A DNA stretch of 64,000 bases from an uncultured Muribaculaceae bacterium (GTDB taxonomy: Bacteria > Bacteroidota > Bacteroidia > Bacteroidales > UBA932). The notes under the pieces are model-generated. The model ran no database searches, was not told the origin of the DNA, and worked only from the letters and a program-made list of their open reading frames with translations. The stretch lies in contig CAZSLC010000011.1 of NCBI GenBank assembly GCA_964607675.1, forward strand, positions 347 to 64,346. The letters run 5' to 3'. The position numbers and the translations under genes are program-made. Shown piece by piece: positions 56,001 to 64,000 of the stretch; position 1 is the first letter of the stretch; the number at the start of each line of letters is the position of its first letter.

Positions 56001-56365
56001 TTGACAACCCATACGATGAGTGCATTGTACTTACTGATCAAAACAGAGTATCTCAAATATTACACAACTTTATCTCTAATGCACTAAAGCACACATCTAA
56101 TGGATTCATCAAAATAGGATATAGCTATGAGGAGAAGGGACTTATGATATATGTAGAGGACTCTGGAAGAGGTATTCCAGATGATAAAAAGAATTTAATA
56201 TTTAATAGATTTGAAAAATTAGATGATTTCTCACAAGGCACTGGACTTGGACTCTCTATTTCAAAAGCCATCATTGATTCTATTGGCGGAAAAATAGGAT
56301 TTGAATCAGAAGTGGGTAAAGGGAGTACATTCTGGGCCTGGATCCCTTGTGAAAAGGAGAATTAA
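53060..56365 (+). CDS. Sensor histidine kinase 1 (periplasmic solute-binding domain, TM, multiple PAS, HisKA, HATPase_c); 5' end disrupted by an in-frame stop, possibly a pseudogene
   Basis: SBP_bac_3-like N-domain, TM IYIFTGLLILLLSFFLILI, several PAS/PAC-like repeats, H-box LANMSHEIRTPLNSIVGF, G-boxes DSGRGIP and GTGLGLSISK. No receiver domain. The TTG at 53060 is simply the first possible start after the stop. Confidence 0.75.
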   Translation: MTENTYIELETQLTNNELDAYFAIIPNEEKEREFIIPIKYIYFDIVCRKGLGIESIEDLNGKEVVIMGGSRCDKILRENNINCSIFYYKTIEEGIKAINQGRHDAVLCPNMMGKYLLSEINESKNLITKQTHTEPYIAAIIVKDQDLYTHMSNTMNLLKKSGKYEEIYYKWFGEYEQMYPDKSLQHTIYIFTGLLILLLSFFLILIKKRSDIIHNKYLGMVRSVEKDYLELNTIYSNVSAGIEVYDKDGFLINCNDRAIEIFGITNKEILLSKRLNILDDIYYKSTIKSLDDLMVVHQITIEIGNKEIEEENQDFLKRIDSRIVTAIFSPMFNSKGEIEGFIITTTDETHEHKLNKKYLSLLKENQTLLETVPLGIVSYNLNGDVNYRNSHLSRIFNIDPEKYDSKDWNLFTHPHFCQDKYKNEILNCTETITGTFNVDNSNPRYLKRYSDILYNRTIQYFISPLKDDHGDDIGWVGAYSDITDIKNQMDEIARNKELLELALKSGNISSWRYTPNDKQFTSIQEHTETYSSVAQYNSSSKQLDEQYTLQRDAMIDNILSGKQYKDSKILKFTNPDTKETIYLDTHIVAETRNGKTIGIIGIQANITKDYSYRLAIEEINLKNKLAIRTGGLAQWDYDTETHIFYTKRESLKSNTLNQYTKDELISKSHPKDLEKVIAFFEKMDSGADENIFCEARILNTDTNKWRYYIASGSPFVKSTNGKVVQYTGFRKDNTTFENLNNEILKTNEIMRNVFDNLPCTLFIKNISDDFKYIIGNKQLCEVTGLKSENIIGFNDYQLFPDKAKDFREDDIKAIKRGSIISFHETVSWNNHPRILKTAKFPLTLSDGGQLLVGLALDVTELVEKNIELQKEKEKAECSDKLKSAFLANMSHEIRTPLNSIVGFSTLLVESEDKEEKKCFKDIITNNSNLLLRVINDILDLSKIESGSIDFNKELIDFSKVFDSCFRSFVEKGKEKGLNMIIDNPYDECIVLTDQNRVSQILHNFISNALKHTSNGFIKIGYSYEEKGLMIYVEDSGRGIPDDKKNLIFNRFEKLDDFSQGTGLGLSISKAIIDSIGGKIGFESEVGKGSTFWAWIPCEKEN

Positions 56366-56384
56366 TAGATTTAACACATTTACA

Positions 56385-59129
56385 ATGAAATATACAATCA
56401 AAACAATTATTACTATATTATCGTTAATTCTGTGTATAGAAGCATCTTATGCACAAGAGGATTTTTCTGATAGAAAATTAATTGTTCGAGGATGTTCAGA
56501 CTACCCACCTTATGAATACATAAATGGTAATGGTGAAAATACTGGATTCAATATTGAATTAATCGAAGCCATCATGCGTGAAGCAGGGTTTGACTATGAA
56601 ATAGTTCTCAAACCGTGGTTAGAAATACGGAAGGAGTTAGAAGAGGGGGAGGTAGATCTATTAATGGGAATGTACTTCACGCATCAGAGAGACACAAAGT
56701 TTCATTTTGGCATTCCACACAACTACAATTTTCCTTGCTTAATTAGTAAAAAAGGGGATACATATAACGATATCAATTCAATCAAAGGTAAAAGAATATT
56801 AATTCAAAAGGGAGATGAAGCATTAAGAGATTATCTATCAAAGAGAGGTCTTAATGAAGGAATAATCGAATCTTTCAATATAGAAACTGTGATAAGTGCC
56901 CTGATAAATGGTACTGGGGATGTTGCTATTTTTGATAAAATGGTAGCAAGACATTTCATGATATCAAAAGATATATCTAATATTGAAATTAACAATGTGA
57001 ACCTTCCAATTCTCGAATATTGCTATGTTTCAAACAACTTACATTTAATTGAGCAATTGAACCACGCATTTTTAAAAGTAAAGAGCAAAGGAGTATATGA
57101 TAACATCTATAACAAGTGGTTTAAATATAATAAAAAGGAGAAATACTTAAACTATCTATATTTTGTTGTCATTTTACTTTTGGTATTAGCTTTGATTTTC
57201 GTGCTATTCAGTATGGAGCTAAATAAAAGAGTTAAAATTGCAAAGAAAAAAGCAGAAGAAAATGGTGAAAGATATAAGACAATATTTGAAAATACAATTG
57301 TAGGATTGAGGTATTACTCCTCAGATGGTGTCTTAGTGGATCTTAATACAGCTGAAATAAATATTTTCGGAATAAAAGATAAAAAGGTCTTTTTAGAACA
57401 AAAGCTCAACATATTTGAAAATCCATACTTAACAGAGATAATCAATAAAGACAATCCACAACCTTATCACGGAGTTATCGAATTTGATTTTAAGACATTG
57501 CAATATCATCCATACCACGACATCACCACGGTTAGAAAAATCTTATTTATTGATACACGAATAGTACCTATTAGAGATTCAAATGGAGAGATTACAGCTT
57601 ACATAAGAACATCAGTCGATGTCACAGAGAGAGAGAAGAGGGAGATGGAAATGAGCCTCTTCAATCAAAGGGTGAAAGAGATCAATCGCAGAACTGAATA
57701 TGCCATTAAAGCTGCAAATATCATATTTTGGGAATATGATGTAGTTAATAATGTATTCAATGCCATTAATGATCCTATTAACAACTACAATTCCAATATT
57801 CCAATCTCCGAAGGTGATTATTACCGCACCTGCAACCCTGACGACAGAGTAAGACTGATTCCTTCTATCGAATTAATGAAAAATGGAATCAATAAATCAT
57901 TTAACATAAATATAAGGTTTAAAACCAATTACGACAGTGAATGGAGACATTGCACAGTATCAGGGACCCCATTTGACACAACAGATGATGGTGAAGTGAT
58001 AAGATATGTCGGTACTAGGAAAGACAATAATGAAATCATAAAGCTCAATGAAGAAATTGCAAAATATGGAGAAAAGATGAAGCACATCATCAAATCGAGC
58101 AATATCACAACATGGGACTATGATTTTAGAACTAAAGTAATTAGTATAGATTCTAATATCGATTTCTTCCCTAAAAAAGCTGCATTCGAAGAGTATATCA
58201 AACACCTTCCAATAGAGGAGCAGGATGATTTCTCTAATGTTATAAAGGATTTGGTTGCTGGGAAAATACAGTCATTCTCTCATAGACGCACCATATACCC
58301 TAAGATAGATGACCACTCAATAGTCCTACATACAATTATAAGCGGTATTGCGGTTAAAAATGAATTCGGCATCACTACTGGATGCTCAGGATTGTTAAGA
58401 GATGTCACCGAATTGATAGAGATTCAAAAGAGACTTGAGAAAGAGAAACAAAATGCTGAAAATGCAGATAAGCTCAAATCTGTGTTCCTCGCAAACATGT
58501 CTCACGAGATACGTACCCCGTTAAATGCCATCGTCGGATTTTCAAGACTTTTACAATCATCTCAAGAGGGTGAAGAGAAGGGAGAATTTGTAAAAATAAT
58601 TGAAACTAATAATGATATTCTGATTAACTTAATAAATGACATACTGGATCTCTCTAAAATCGAATCAGGCATCCTTGAACTCTCCTATGAAAAATTTGAT
58701 ATAATAGAAATTCTAAAAGATGTTGAAGTGACGATGCTCCATAAAAACACTAACCCTGATTTAAATATTAAGTTTTCATATACAGATATAGAATTAATTG
58801 TGAATCTTGATAGGCAAAGGGTTAGTCAGATTATCAATAATTTTGTCAGCAATGCACTAAAATATACCCCAAAAGGTGAGATTCACATTTGGTATGAAAA
58901 GGTGGATAACGGAATTAAGATATATTCAAAAGATACGGGTATCGGAATTGCCGAAGAGAACCTTCCTTTTGTCTTTAGCCGTTTTGAGAAATTAGATAAA
59001 TTTGCACAAGGGACAGGTCTTGGACTTGCAATATCCAGGGCACTTTGTGATGCAATGGGTGGCAAAATAGGGGTTGAAAGCAAATTAAATGTGGGCTCTA
59101 CATTTTGGTGTTGGCTTCCGATCAACTAA
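56385..59129 (+). CDS. Sensor histidine kinase 2 (signal peptide, solute-binding domain, TM, PAS repeats, HisKA, HATPase_c), an intact paralogue
   Basis: MKYTIKTIITILSLILCIEASYAQ signal peptide, SBP_bac_3-like domain, TM YFVVILLLVLALIFVLF, H-box LANMSHEIRTPLNAIVGF, GTGLGLAISR. ATG 56385 preferred to the upstream in-frame start at 56301. Confidence 0.85.
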   Translation: MKYTIKTIITILSLILCIEASYAQEDFSDRKLIVRGCSDYPPYEYINGNGENTGFNIELIEAIMREAGFDYEIVLKPWLEIRKELEEGEVDLLMGMYFTHQRDTKFHFGIPHNYNFPCLISKKGDTYNDINSIKGKRILIQKGDEALRDYLSKRGLNEGIIESFNIETVISALINGTGDVAIFDKMVARHFMISKDISNIEINNVNLPILEYCYVSNNLHLIEQLNHAFLKVKSKGVYDNIYNKWFKYNKKEKYLNYLYFVVILLLVLALIFVLFSMELNKRVKIAKKKAEENGERYKTIFENTIVGLRYYSSDGVLVDLNTAEINIFGIKDKKVFLEQKLNIFENPYLTEIINKDNPQPYHGVIEFDFKTLQYHPYHDITTVRKILFIDTRIVPIRDSNGEITAYIRTSVDVTEREKREMEMSLFNQRVKEINRRTEYAIKAANIIFWEYDVVNNVFNAINDPINNYNSNIPISEGDYYRTCNPDDRVRLIPSIELMKNGINKSFNINIRFKTNYDSEWRHCTVSGTPFDTTDDGEVIRYVGTRKDNNEIIKLNEEIAKYGEKMKHIIKSSNITTWDYDFRTKVISIDSNIDFFPKKAAFEEYIKHLPIEEQDDFSNVIKDLVAGKIQSFSHRRTIYPKIDDHSIVLHTIISGIAVKNEFGITTGCSGLLRDVTELIEIQKRLEKEKQNAENADKLKSVFLANMSHEIRTPLNAIVGFSRLLQSSQEGEEKGEFVKIIETNNDILINLINDILDLSKIESGILELSYEKFDIIEILKDVEVTMLHKNTNPDLNIKFSYTDIELIVNLDRQRVSQIINNFVSNALKYTPKGEIHIWYEKVDNGIKIYSKDTGIGIAEENLPFVFSRFEKLDKFAQGTGLGLAISRALCDAMGGKIGVESKLNVGSTFWCWLPIN

Positions 59130-60040
59130 AAGACACTTATCTCTGTTAAGGTAGTGAGGAGTTCGAGCATTTTCATGCCCCATACGGAATTTCCTTTTTT
59201 ATTAAGTCTCGGAGACCATACTGCTACTGAGTAATGGTTGGGGCATATAGCAGCTATTCCACCTCCCACTCCACTCTTGGCAGGGAGCCCTACCAGATAT
59301 GAAAATTCCCCTGCCTCATCATACAATCCACAAGTTTGCATTATGGCATTGATTCTTTTTACTTGCGAAGAGGTAAGGTTTATCTCCCCTATGCTAAAAG
59401 ATTTTTTATGATTGGCAAAATTATTAAATGCCATTGCCAATTCGGTACAACTCATCTCAATAGAGCATTGATAAAAATAAAAGTTTAAAAGTCTCTCAAT
59501 ATCAGAGTCAATATTTCCATAATATTTTAACATATTAGAGATGGCGGCATTGAGATAACCTGTTTTAAATTCCGATTTTGCGACAGAGAGATTATAATTG
59601 ACTGTGTCCACTCCGCACAATCCTCGTACAAAGTCGAGGTACTCTTTTTCTGGATCTTTTAAAACAGAGAGAAGCATGTCAGAAATAACTAAAGCTCCTG
59701 AATTAATTAATGGATTTCGTGGGCGACCTTTTTCCATCTCAAGCTGTATCACAGAGTTAAATGGCATACCTGAAGGTTCAACCCCTACCCTTTTCCATAT
59801 ATTCTCTCCGTAGAAACTTATCCCCATGGCCAATGAGAAAACTTTTGATATACTTTGTATTGAGAACCTCACCTGAGAATCACCAAGAGAATATTTTTTT
59901 CCATTAGTGGTGACAATGGATATTCCATACTGATTGGGGTCAACTTTTTTCAACTCTGGTATATAAGATGCCTGCTCTCCCAAAGAGATTAAAGAGTTTG
60001 ATTCCTCATATATTTTTGTCAATATCTTGTTGTAGTCCAT
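59126..60040 (-). CDS. glsA: Glutaminase A
   Basis: SIQSISKVFSLA (Ser-x-x-Lys), NPLINSGA, GLPAKSGVGGGI. ATG 60040 (MDYNKIL..) gives the usual ~305 aa. Confidence 0.9.
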   Translation of the reverse strand: MDYNKILTKIYEESNSLISLGEQASYIPELKKVDPNQYGISIVTTNGKKYSLGDSQVRFSIQSISKVFSLAMGISFYGENIWKRVGVEPSGMPFNSVIQLEMEKGRPRNPLINSGALVISDMLLSVLKDPEKEYLDFVRGLCGVDTVNYNLSVAKSEFKTGYLNAAISNMLKYYGNIDSDIERLLNFYFYQCSIEMSCTELAMAFNNFANHKKSFSIGEINLTSSQVKRINAIMQTCGLYDEAGEFSYLVGLPAKSGVGGGIAAICPNHYSVAVWSPRLNKKGNSVWGMKMLELLTTLTEISVF

Positions 60041-60125
60041 ATTTGAAATATAAAGCATAAATGTATTGTATGTTTTTATATTTTGCAAAAAAGGTGTAAA
60101 ATTGCATATCATTTATATTATTAAT

Positions 60126-62075
60126 ATGATAGATAAACAAGAGTATAGGCTTTTAGAAGAGGCTGAAAAATCTAAGTTAATATCGCAAGGTTGTGCTTTT
60201 AAAGAGGGTTGTATTGTCTCTGTAGTTGATGACTTCAACCCAAGATATGTACATCAAGTTACATTTTCAGGAAGGGTGCAATTGGGCTCGTTTAAAGGCT
60301 ACTTTAATCAGCCTGGTGGCATTAAGAAACATTCAGGGGTATATAAAGCAACTCTCCACAATGTGTCTGTTGGGAACGATACACTTATAGAAAACATCAA
60401 TAACTATCTTGCTAACTATACAATAGGCGAGGGTTGTTACATCGAAAATGTAGATGTGATATTGGTTGACAGAGTTACTAATTTTGGAAATGGGGAATTT
60501 GTATCAGTGATGAATGAGACTGGTGGAAGGGAACTTCCTATGCACGACAATTTATCAGCTCACGAGGCATATCTTTTAGCACTATACCGTCACCGTCCTT
60601 TGTTTGTTGACAAGATGTACTCATTTGTCGAAGATTACACCAGATCTATTTGTTCTGATATAGGGTATATTGGTGACCATGTGACTATAGTCGATACTGG
60701 ATACATTAAGAATGTCAGAATTGGCGATTATGCACTCATTGAGGGGGCTGGTCGCCTCAAAAACGGATCAATTAATAGTGAAGAGTGTTCACCTGTGAGG
60801 ATTGGATATGGTGTCATTGCAGACGACTTCATCATTTGTGACGGGAGTAAGGTCGAAGATGGCACTATGCTAACCAAGTGTTTTGTGGGGCAATCTTGCA
60901 TTATGGGGCACACCTACTCTGCATCCAATAGCCTCTTTTTCTCCAATTGTAACGAAGAAAATGGGGAGGCGTCTGCAATATTTGCTGGACCATTTACTGT
61001 TACGCATCACAAATCCACTTTACTTATTTCAGGGATGTTCTCTTTCATGAATGCGGGATCAGGTTCAAATCAGAGCAACCATTTTTATAAATTGGGACCT
61101 ATCCACCAAGGGATATTGGAGAGAGGCTCTAAAACCACCTCCGATTCTTATATTTTATGGCCTTCCCATATTGGGCCATTTACCTTGATTATGGGGAGGC
61201 ACACTAAAAACTCCGATATCAGTGATTTTCCATTTTCCTATCTGATTGAGGATGGGAGGAATTCATATTTAGTCCCAGCCATCAACCTCCGAAGTGTGGG
61301 AACCATTCGTGATGCTAAAAAGTGGCCTCGGAGGGACAATAGAAAAGGGAGCAAACTCCTTGACAATATCAATTTCAACCTATTGAGTCCTTATACCGTC
61401 AGCAAAATGATGAAAGGGTGTGAAATACTTCGGGAGCTTCTTCGCACATCAGGGGAAAATTCCGAAAATTATAGTTTTCAAAGCCTTAGGATTAAAAATT
61501 CTGCTCTAAAGAGGGGGATTGACCTATACAATATTGCAATAAAGAAATTTCTCGGCAATTCGCTTATATCCGCCCTTGAAAAGAGCGACTGCTCCTCTAT
61601 TGAGACGATTCGAAGAGATTTGCTGAAAGTTCACCATTCAGGAGGGGGGGAATGGAGGGATCTTGCGGGACTATTCGTCCCCACATCGGAGATAGATCGT
61701 CTGATTGAAGATATCGAAAATGGATCCATATGCAACCTTAGCGACATATATAAAAGATTTAAAACGCTCCATAAGGATTATTATGAGATGGAATGGCGTT
61801 GGGCCATGGAACAGATTGAGTCATATTATGGAATAAAAATAGATCATATCACTATTGAGCAGATCACATCAATAATACTTGGATGGAGGGATGCGGTCCT
61901 AACACTGGATGACATGCTGTATGAGGATGCTAAAAAGGAATTTAGACTCACACTGTTTCATGAGACTGACAAATCAGAAAAATGTTTTGAGACAAATGAT
62001 TTTGTTATGGCTGTGAAAGAACATAAGAGGGTTAAAAGTGCACTTTGTGATACTATTTTGAAAAAGATCATATGA
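60126..62075 (+). CDS. DUF4954-like protein (left-handed beta-helix-like N-half plus helical C-half), function unknown
   Basis: ATG 60126 (MIDKQEYRLLEE). Hexapeptide-like turns IGEGCYIENVDV, VRIGDYALIEGAG, IGYGVIADDFIICDGSKVEDG. About 650 aa, matching my recollection of the Bacteroidota DUF4954 family. Confidence 0.6.
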   Translation: MIDKQEYRLLEEAEKSKLISQGCAFKEGCIVSVVDDFNPRYVHQVTFSGRVQLGSFKGYFNQPGGIKKHSGVYKATLHNVSVGNDTLIENINNYLANYTIGEGCYIENVDVILVDRVTNFGNGEFVSVMNETGGRELPMHDNLSAHEAYLLALYRHRPLFVDKMYSFVEDYTRSICSDIGYIGDHVTIVDTGYIKNVRIGDYALIEGAGRLKNGSINSEECSPVRIGYGVIADDFIICDGSKVEDGTMLTKCFVGQSCIMGHTYSASNSLFFSNCNEENGEASAIFAGPFTVTHHKSTLLISGMFSFMNAGSGSNQSNHFYKLGPIHQGILERGSKTTSDSYILWPSHIGPFTLIMGRHTKNSDISDFPFSYLIEDGRNSYLVPAINLRSVGTIRDAKKWPRRDNRKGSKLLDNINFNLLSPYTVSKMMKGCEILRELLRTSGENSENYSFQSLRIKNSALKRGIDLYNIAIKKFLGNSLISALEKSDCSSIETIRRDLLKVHHSGGGEWRDLAGLFVPTSEIDRLIEDIENGSICNLSDIYKRFKTLHKDYYEMEWRWAMEQIESYYGIKIDHITIEQITSIILGWRDAVLTLDDMLYEDAKKEFRLTLFHETDKSEKCFETNDFVMAVKEHKRVKSALCDTILKKII

Positions 62076-62968
62076 GTAACAATAAATTGGGAACTGGATT
62101 GACACTTGCAGTGCTCTCTTCCGCTACGTTTGGATTAGTACCTCTTTTTTCTATCAACTTACTACACAATGGGATTGCTCCTAACTCCTTGGTTTTCTAC
62201 AGAATGGCATTCGGTTCTGCTATCATGCTATTTTTTCTATTGATACGAAGGGTCAATCTGAAGATCTCATTTAAAGAGATGATGACAGTATTCCTCCTCT
62301 CCTGTCTCTATGCAGCTACTTCTATTTTTCTCACATCGTCTTATAGATTGGTCCCCAGTGGTATCGCTACGGTTATTCACTTCCTATATCCTGTCGTTGT
62401 AGCCCTCACCCTCGCCATTTTCTTTAAAGAGAGGCTGTCGTTGGCACTGCTGATAGCCATTGGGCTTGCCATTTCTGGAGTCTATCTCCTATGCGGAGGA
62501 AATAATACTTCCGATATCTCTACAAAAGGGGTTTTAATGGTACTTATAACTGTTTTCACATACGGGATTTACATCGTTGCAGTCAATAAAACCAGATGCC
62601 GCAATGTTGAGGGAGGGGTGCTAACATTTTATGTACTGCTCTTCTCATCGTTGATTCTGTTGATATATAACTTGGTGGTTGAAAGGGGGCATTTCGACCC
62701 AATCACAGGGATCAACTCATGGAGTAATCTTCTTCTGCTGGCACTTATCCCTACGGTACTTTCCAATTTCTTCCTAATCCTTGCCATTAAGCATGTGGGG
62801 TCAAATATAACAGCCATCCTTGGCTGCATGGAACCATTGACGGCTGTAATAGTTGGCATTTCAGTATTTCATGAAAAATTGGGATTCGTCCAAATCATCG
62901 GAGGGGGAGTCATCCTCGCTGCAGTAATAATTGTTCTCCGCTACTGTTCTAATAATACTGCGAAATAA
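62072..62968 (+). CDS. EamA/DMT-family transporter
   Basis: Ten predicted TM segments in two EamA-like halves. ATGA overlap with the DUF4954-like gene. Confidence 0.75.
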   Translation: MSNNKLGTGLTLAVLSSATFGLVPLFSINLLHNGIAPNSLVFYRMAFGSAIMLFFLLIRRVNLKISFKEMMTVFLLSCLYAATSIFLTSSYRLVPSGIATVIHFLYPVVVALTLAIFFKERLSLALLIAIGLAISGVYLLCGGNNTSDISTKGVLMVLITVFTYGIYIVAVNKTRCRNVEGGVLTFYVLLFSSLILLIYNLVVERGHFDPITGINSWSNLLLLALIPTVLSNFFLILAIKHVGSNITAILGCMEPLTAVIVGISVFHEKLGFVQIIGGGVILAAVIIVLRYCSNNTAK

Positions 62969-63641
62969 CGGTAGAGAACTCTTTCTCCCCTGCTCCTTGA
63001 TTCCCATCATTTTGAAAATCAGGGCTATATTTTCCCTCTGGGAGGTCATCTAAAGTGTAAATATTGCAATTTCTTGCCACCTTAATCTCATTGGTGAGGG
63101 CAGTCACCGCAGCATCAACTATAAGGCCTAAAAGGCCATTATTGCCACTTGAAAGATTTAAAGTAATATCCCCTATTCTGTTAAAAAGGACAGCATCGGT
63201 GACGGTAGATTTCAATATATATTCTACCTTAACTTGTATTTCAGCTGCTATAGAGGCTTTTCTCCATTCGTGGATAATTGTAAAAAGTACAGCATCAACT
63301 CCAAAGAGCTTACCTGCTTGCTTCATCGAATTGTCAAGGAACAACTCTGAATCATAGGCACTCTCCTCTTTGAGAATCTCCATAGCAAGAAGTGGAGGCA
63401 TAACATAATATCCTTTTTGAGTTAATGGAATAGACATCGTATTGTAAAACAACTCCTTAGCCTCAACTTTAGTGGTTCTGTTAATCGGAGGCATCAAGAG
63501 AATCGATTTAGGTGACTCATCATAAAGGGTAGAATAGACTTCAGATTTAGTTGCCATATTTGAAATACCACAACTTGATAAGAGCACAAGTGAAACAACA
63601 AACACAAATATGCTACTTAATTTATTCATATTTTTATTCAT
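62949..63641 (-). CDS. DUF799 (GNA1162)-like lipoprotein
   Basis: Lipobox LLSSC. SILLMPPINRTTKVEAKELFYNTMSIPLTQKGYYVMPP matches my recollection of the DUF799 family. Confidence 0.6.
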   Translation of the reverse strand: MNKNMNKLSSIFVFVVSLVLLSSCGISNMATKSEVYSTLYDESPKSILLMPPINRTTKVEAKELFYNTMSIPLTQKGYYVMPPLLAMEILKEESAYDSELFLDNSMKQAGKLFGVDAVLFTIIHEWRKASIAAEIQVKVEYILKSTVTDAVLFNRIGDITLNLSSGNNGLLGLIVDAAVTALTNEIKVARNCNIYTLDDLPEGKYSPDFQNDGNQGAGEKEFSTVISQYY

Positions 63642-63647
63642 AATGTA

Positions 63648-63995
63648 TTATTCAAATCTTTTCAATATCCTTTCAATAAATGGCTTAGACTCAGGATATA
63701 AATTAATCTCCATCTCTAAAAATTCTTTTCCTTTTTTGTTCTCACCACTTTTGATCAGTAAGTAGCCATAGTCAGCATAGACCCCAGGAGGGACCACCTT
63801 TCTCCCCCCCGAAGGATTATTAATCAAATTGTCATAAACAGCTATCAATGCCTCTTTACTGGCCTGATCTCCTGCTTTGATATAGTTATACACAGCATCA
63901 TCATAGCTACCCCAATTGTATAAAACTTGCTGCGTGGAGCAAGAAGATACCAAGAATGCAATGAAGAAGAGAGCTATTGGTAATAGTTTTTTCAT
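63648..63995 (-). CDS. DUF4810-like small lipoprotein
   Basis: Lipobox LVSSC. LYNWGSYDDAVYNY..VPPGVYADYGYLLIKSGENKKGKEFLEMEINLYPES is TPR-like; 115 aa. Directly upstream of the DUF799-like gene. Confidence 0.55.
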   Translation of the reverse strand: MKKLLPIALFFIAFLVSSCSTQQVLYNWGSYDDAVYNYIKAGDQASKEALIAVYDNLINNPSGGRKVVPPGVYADYGYLLIKSGENKKGKEFLEMEINLYPESKPFIERILKRFE

Positions 63996-64000
63996 TTTAT

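Overview
AT-rich (mid-30s % GC by eye), very gene-dense chromosomal segment. I call about 54 CDS; many neighbours overlap by 1-4 nt and the largest intergenic gap is about 115 bp. It looks like a Bacteroidales (Bacteroidota) genome. The support is parA-parB-DUF5683-LysM transglycosylase synteny, rpsU/recombinase/hpf synteny, TAnnTTTG -7 promoter boxes at sensible spacing upstream of almost every transcription unit, and several lipoprotein loci. Most genes are housekeeping: priA, parAB, purE, hpt, adk, obg, lplA, hpf, rpsU, hutU, mutAB, parE, rsmI, tdk, pepP, DPP4, umuDC and glsA. I found no rRNA, tRNA, CRISPR array, IS element or prophage; the intergenic gaps are too short to hold them. Six things deserve a second look. 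(1) A five-gene minus-strand operon (20992-28843) encodes domain-shuffled paralogous surface lipoproteins plus a small putative beta-barrel, of unknown function. (2) An hfs-like sensory [FeFe]-hydrogenase module (2Fe-2S ferredoxin, PAS-containing HydS-type sensor, SpoIIE/PP2C phosphatase, catalytic HydA) sits inside a 10-gene co-directional array. (3) Of two tandem sensor kinases with periplasmic solute-binding domains, the first carries an in-frame TAA just after its signal peptide. (4) The PriA homologue has substituted Walker A and DExH motifs and no zinc-binding Cys-rich region. (5) rpsU has a perfect Shine-Dalgarno sequence in a genome that otherwise lacks them. (6) Several genes contain in-frame coding tandem repeats. 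All family names come from motif recognition by eye and need confirmation by HMM or BLAST.
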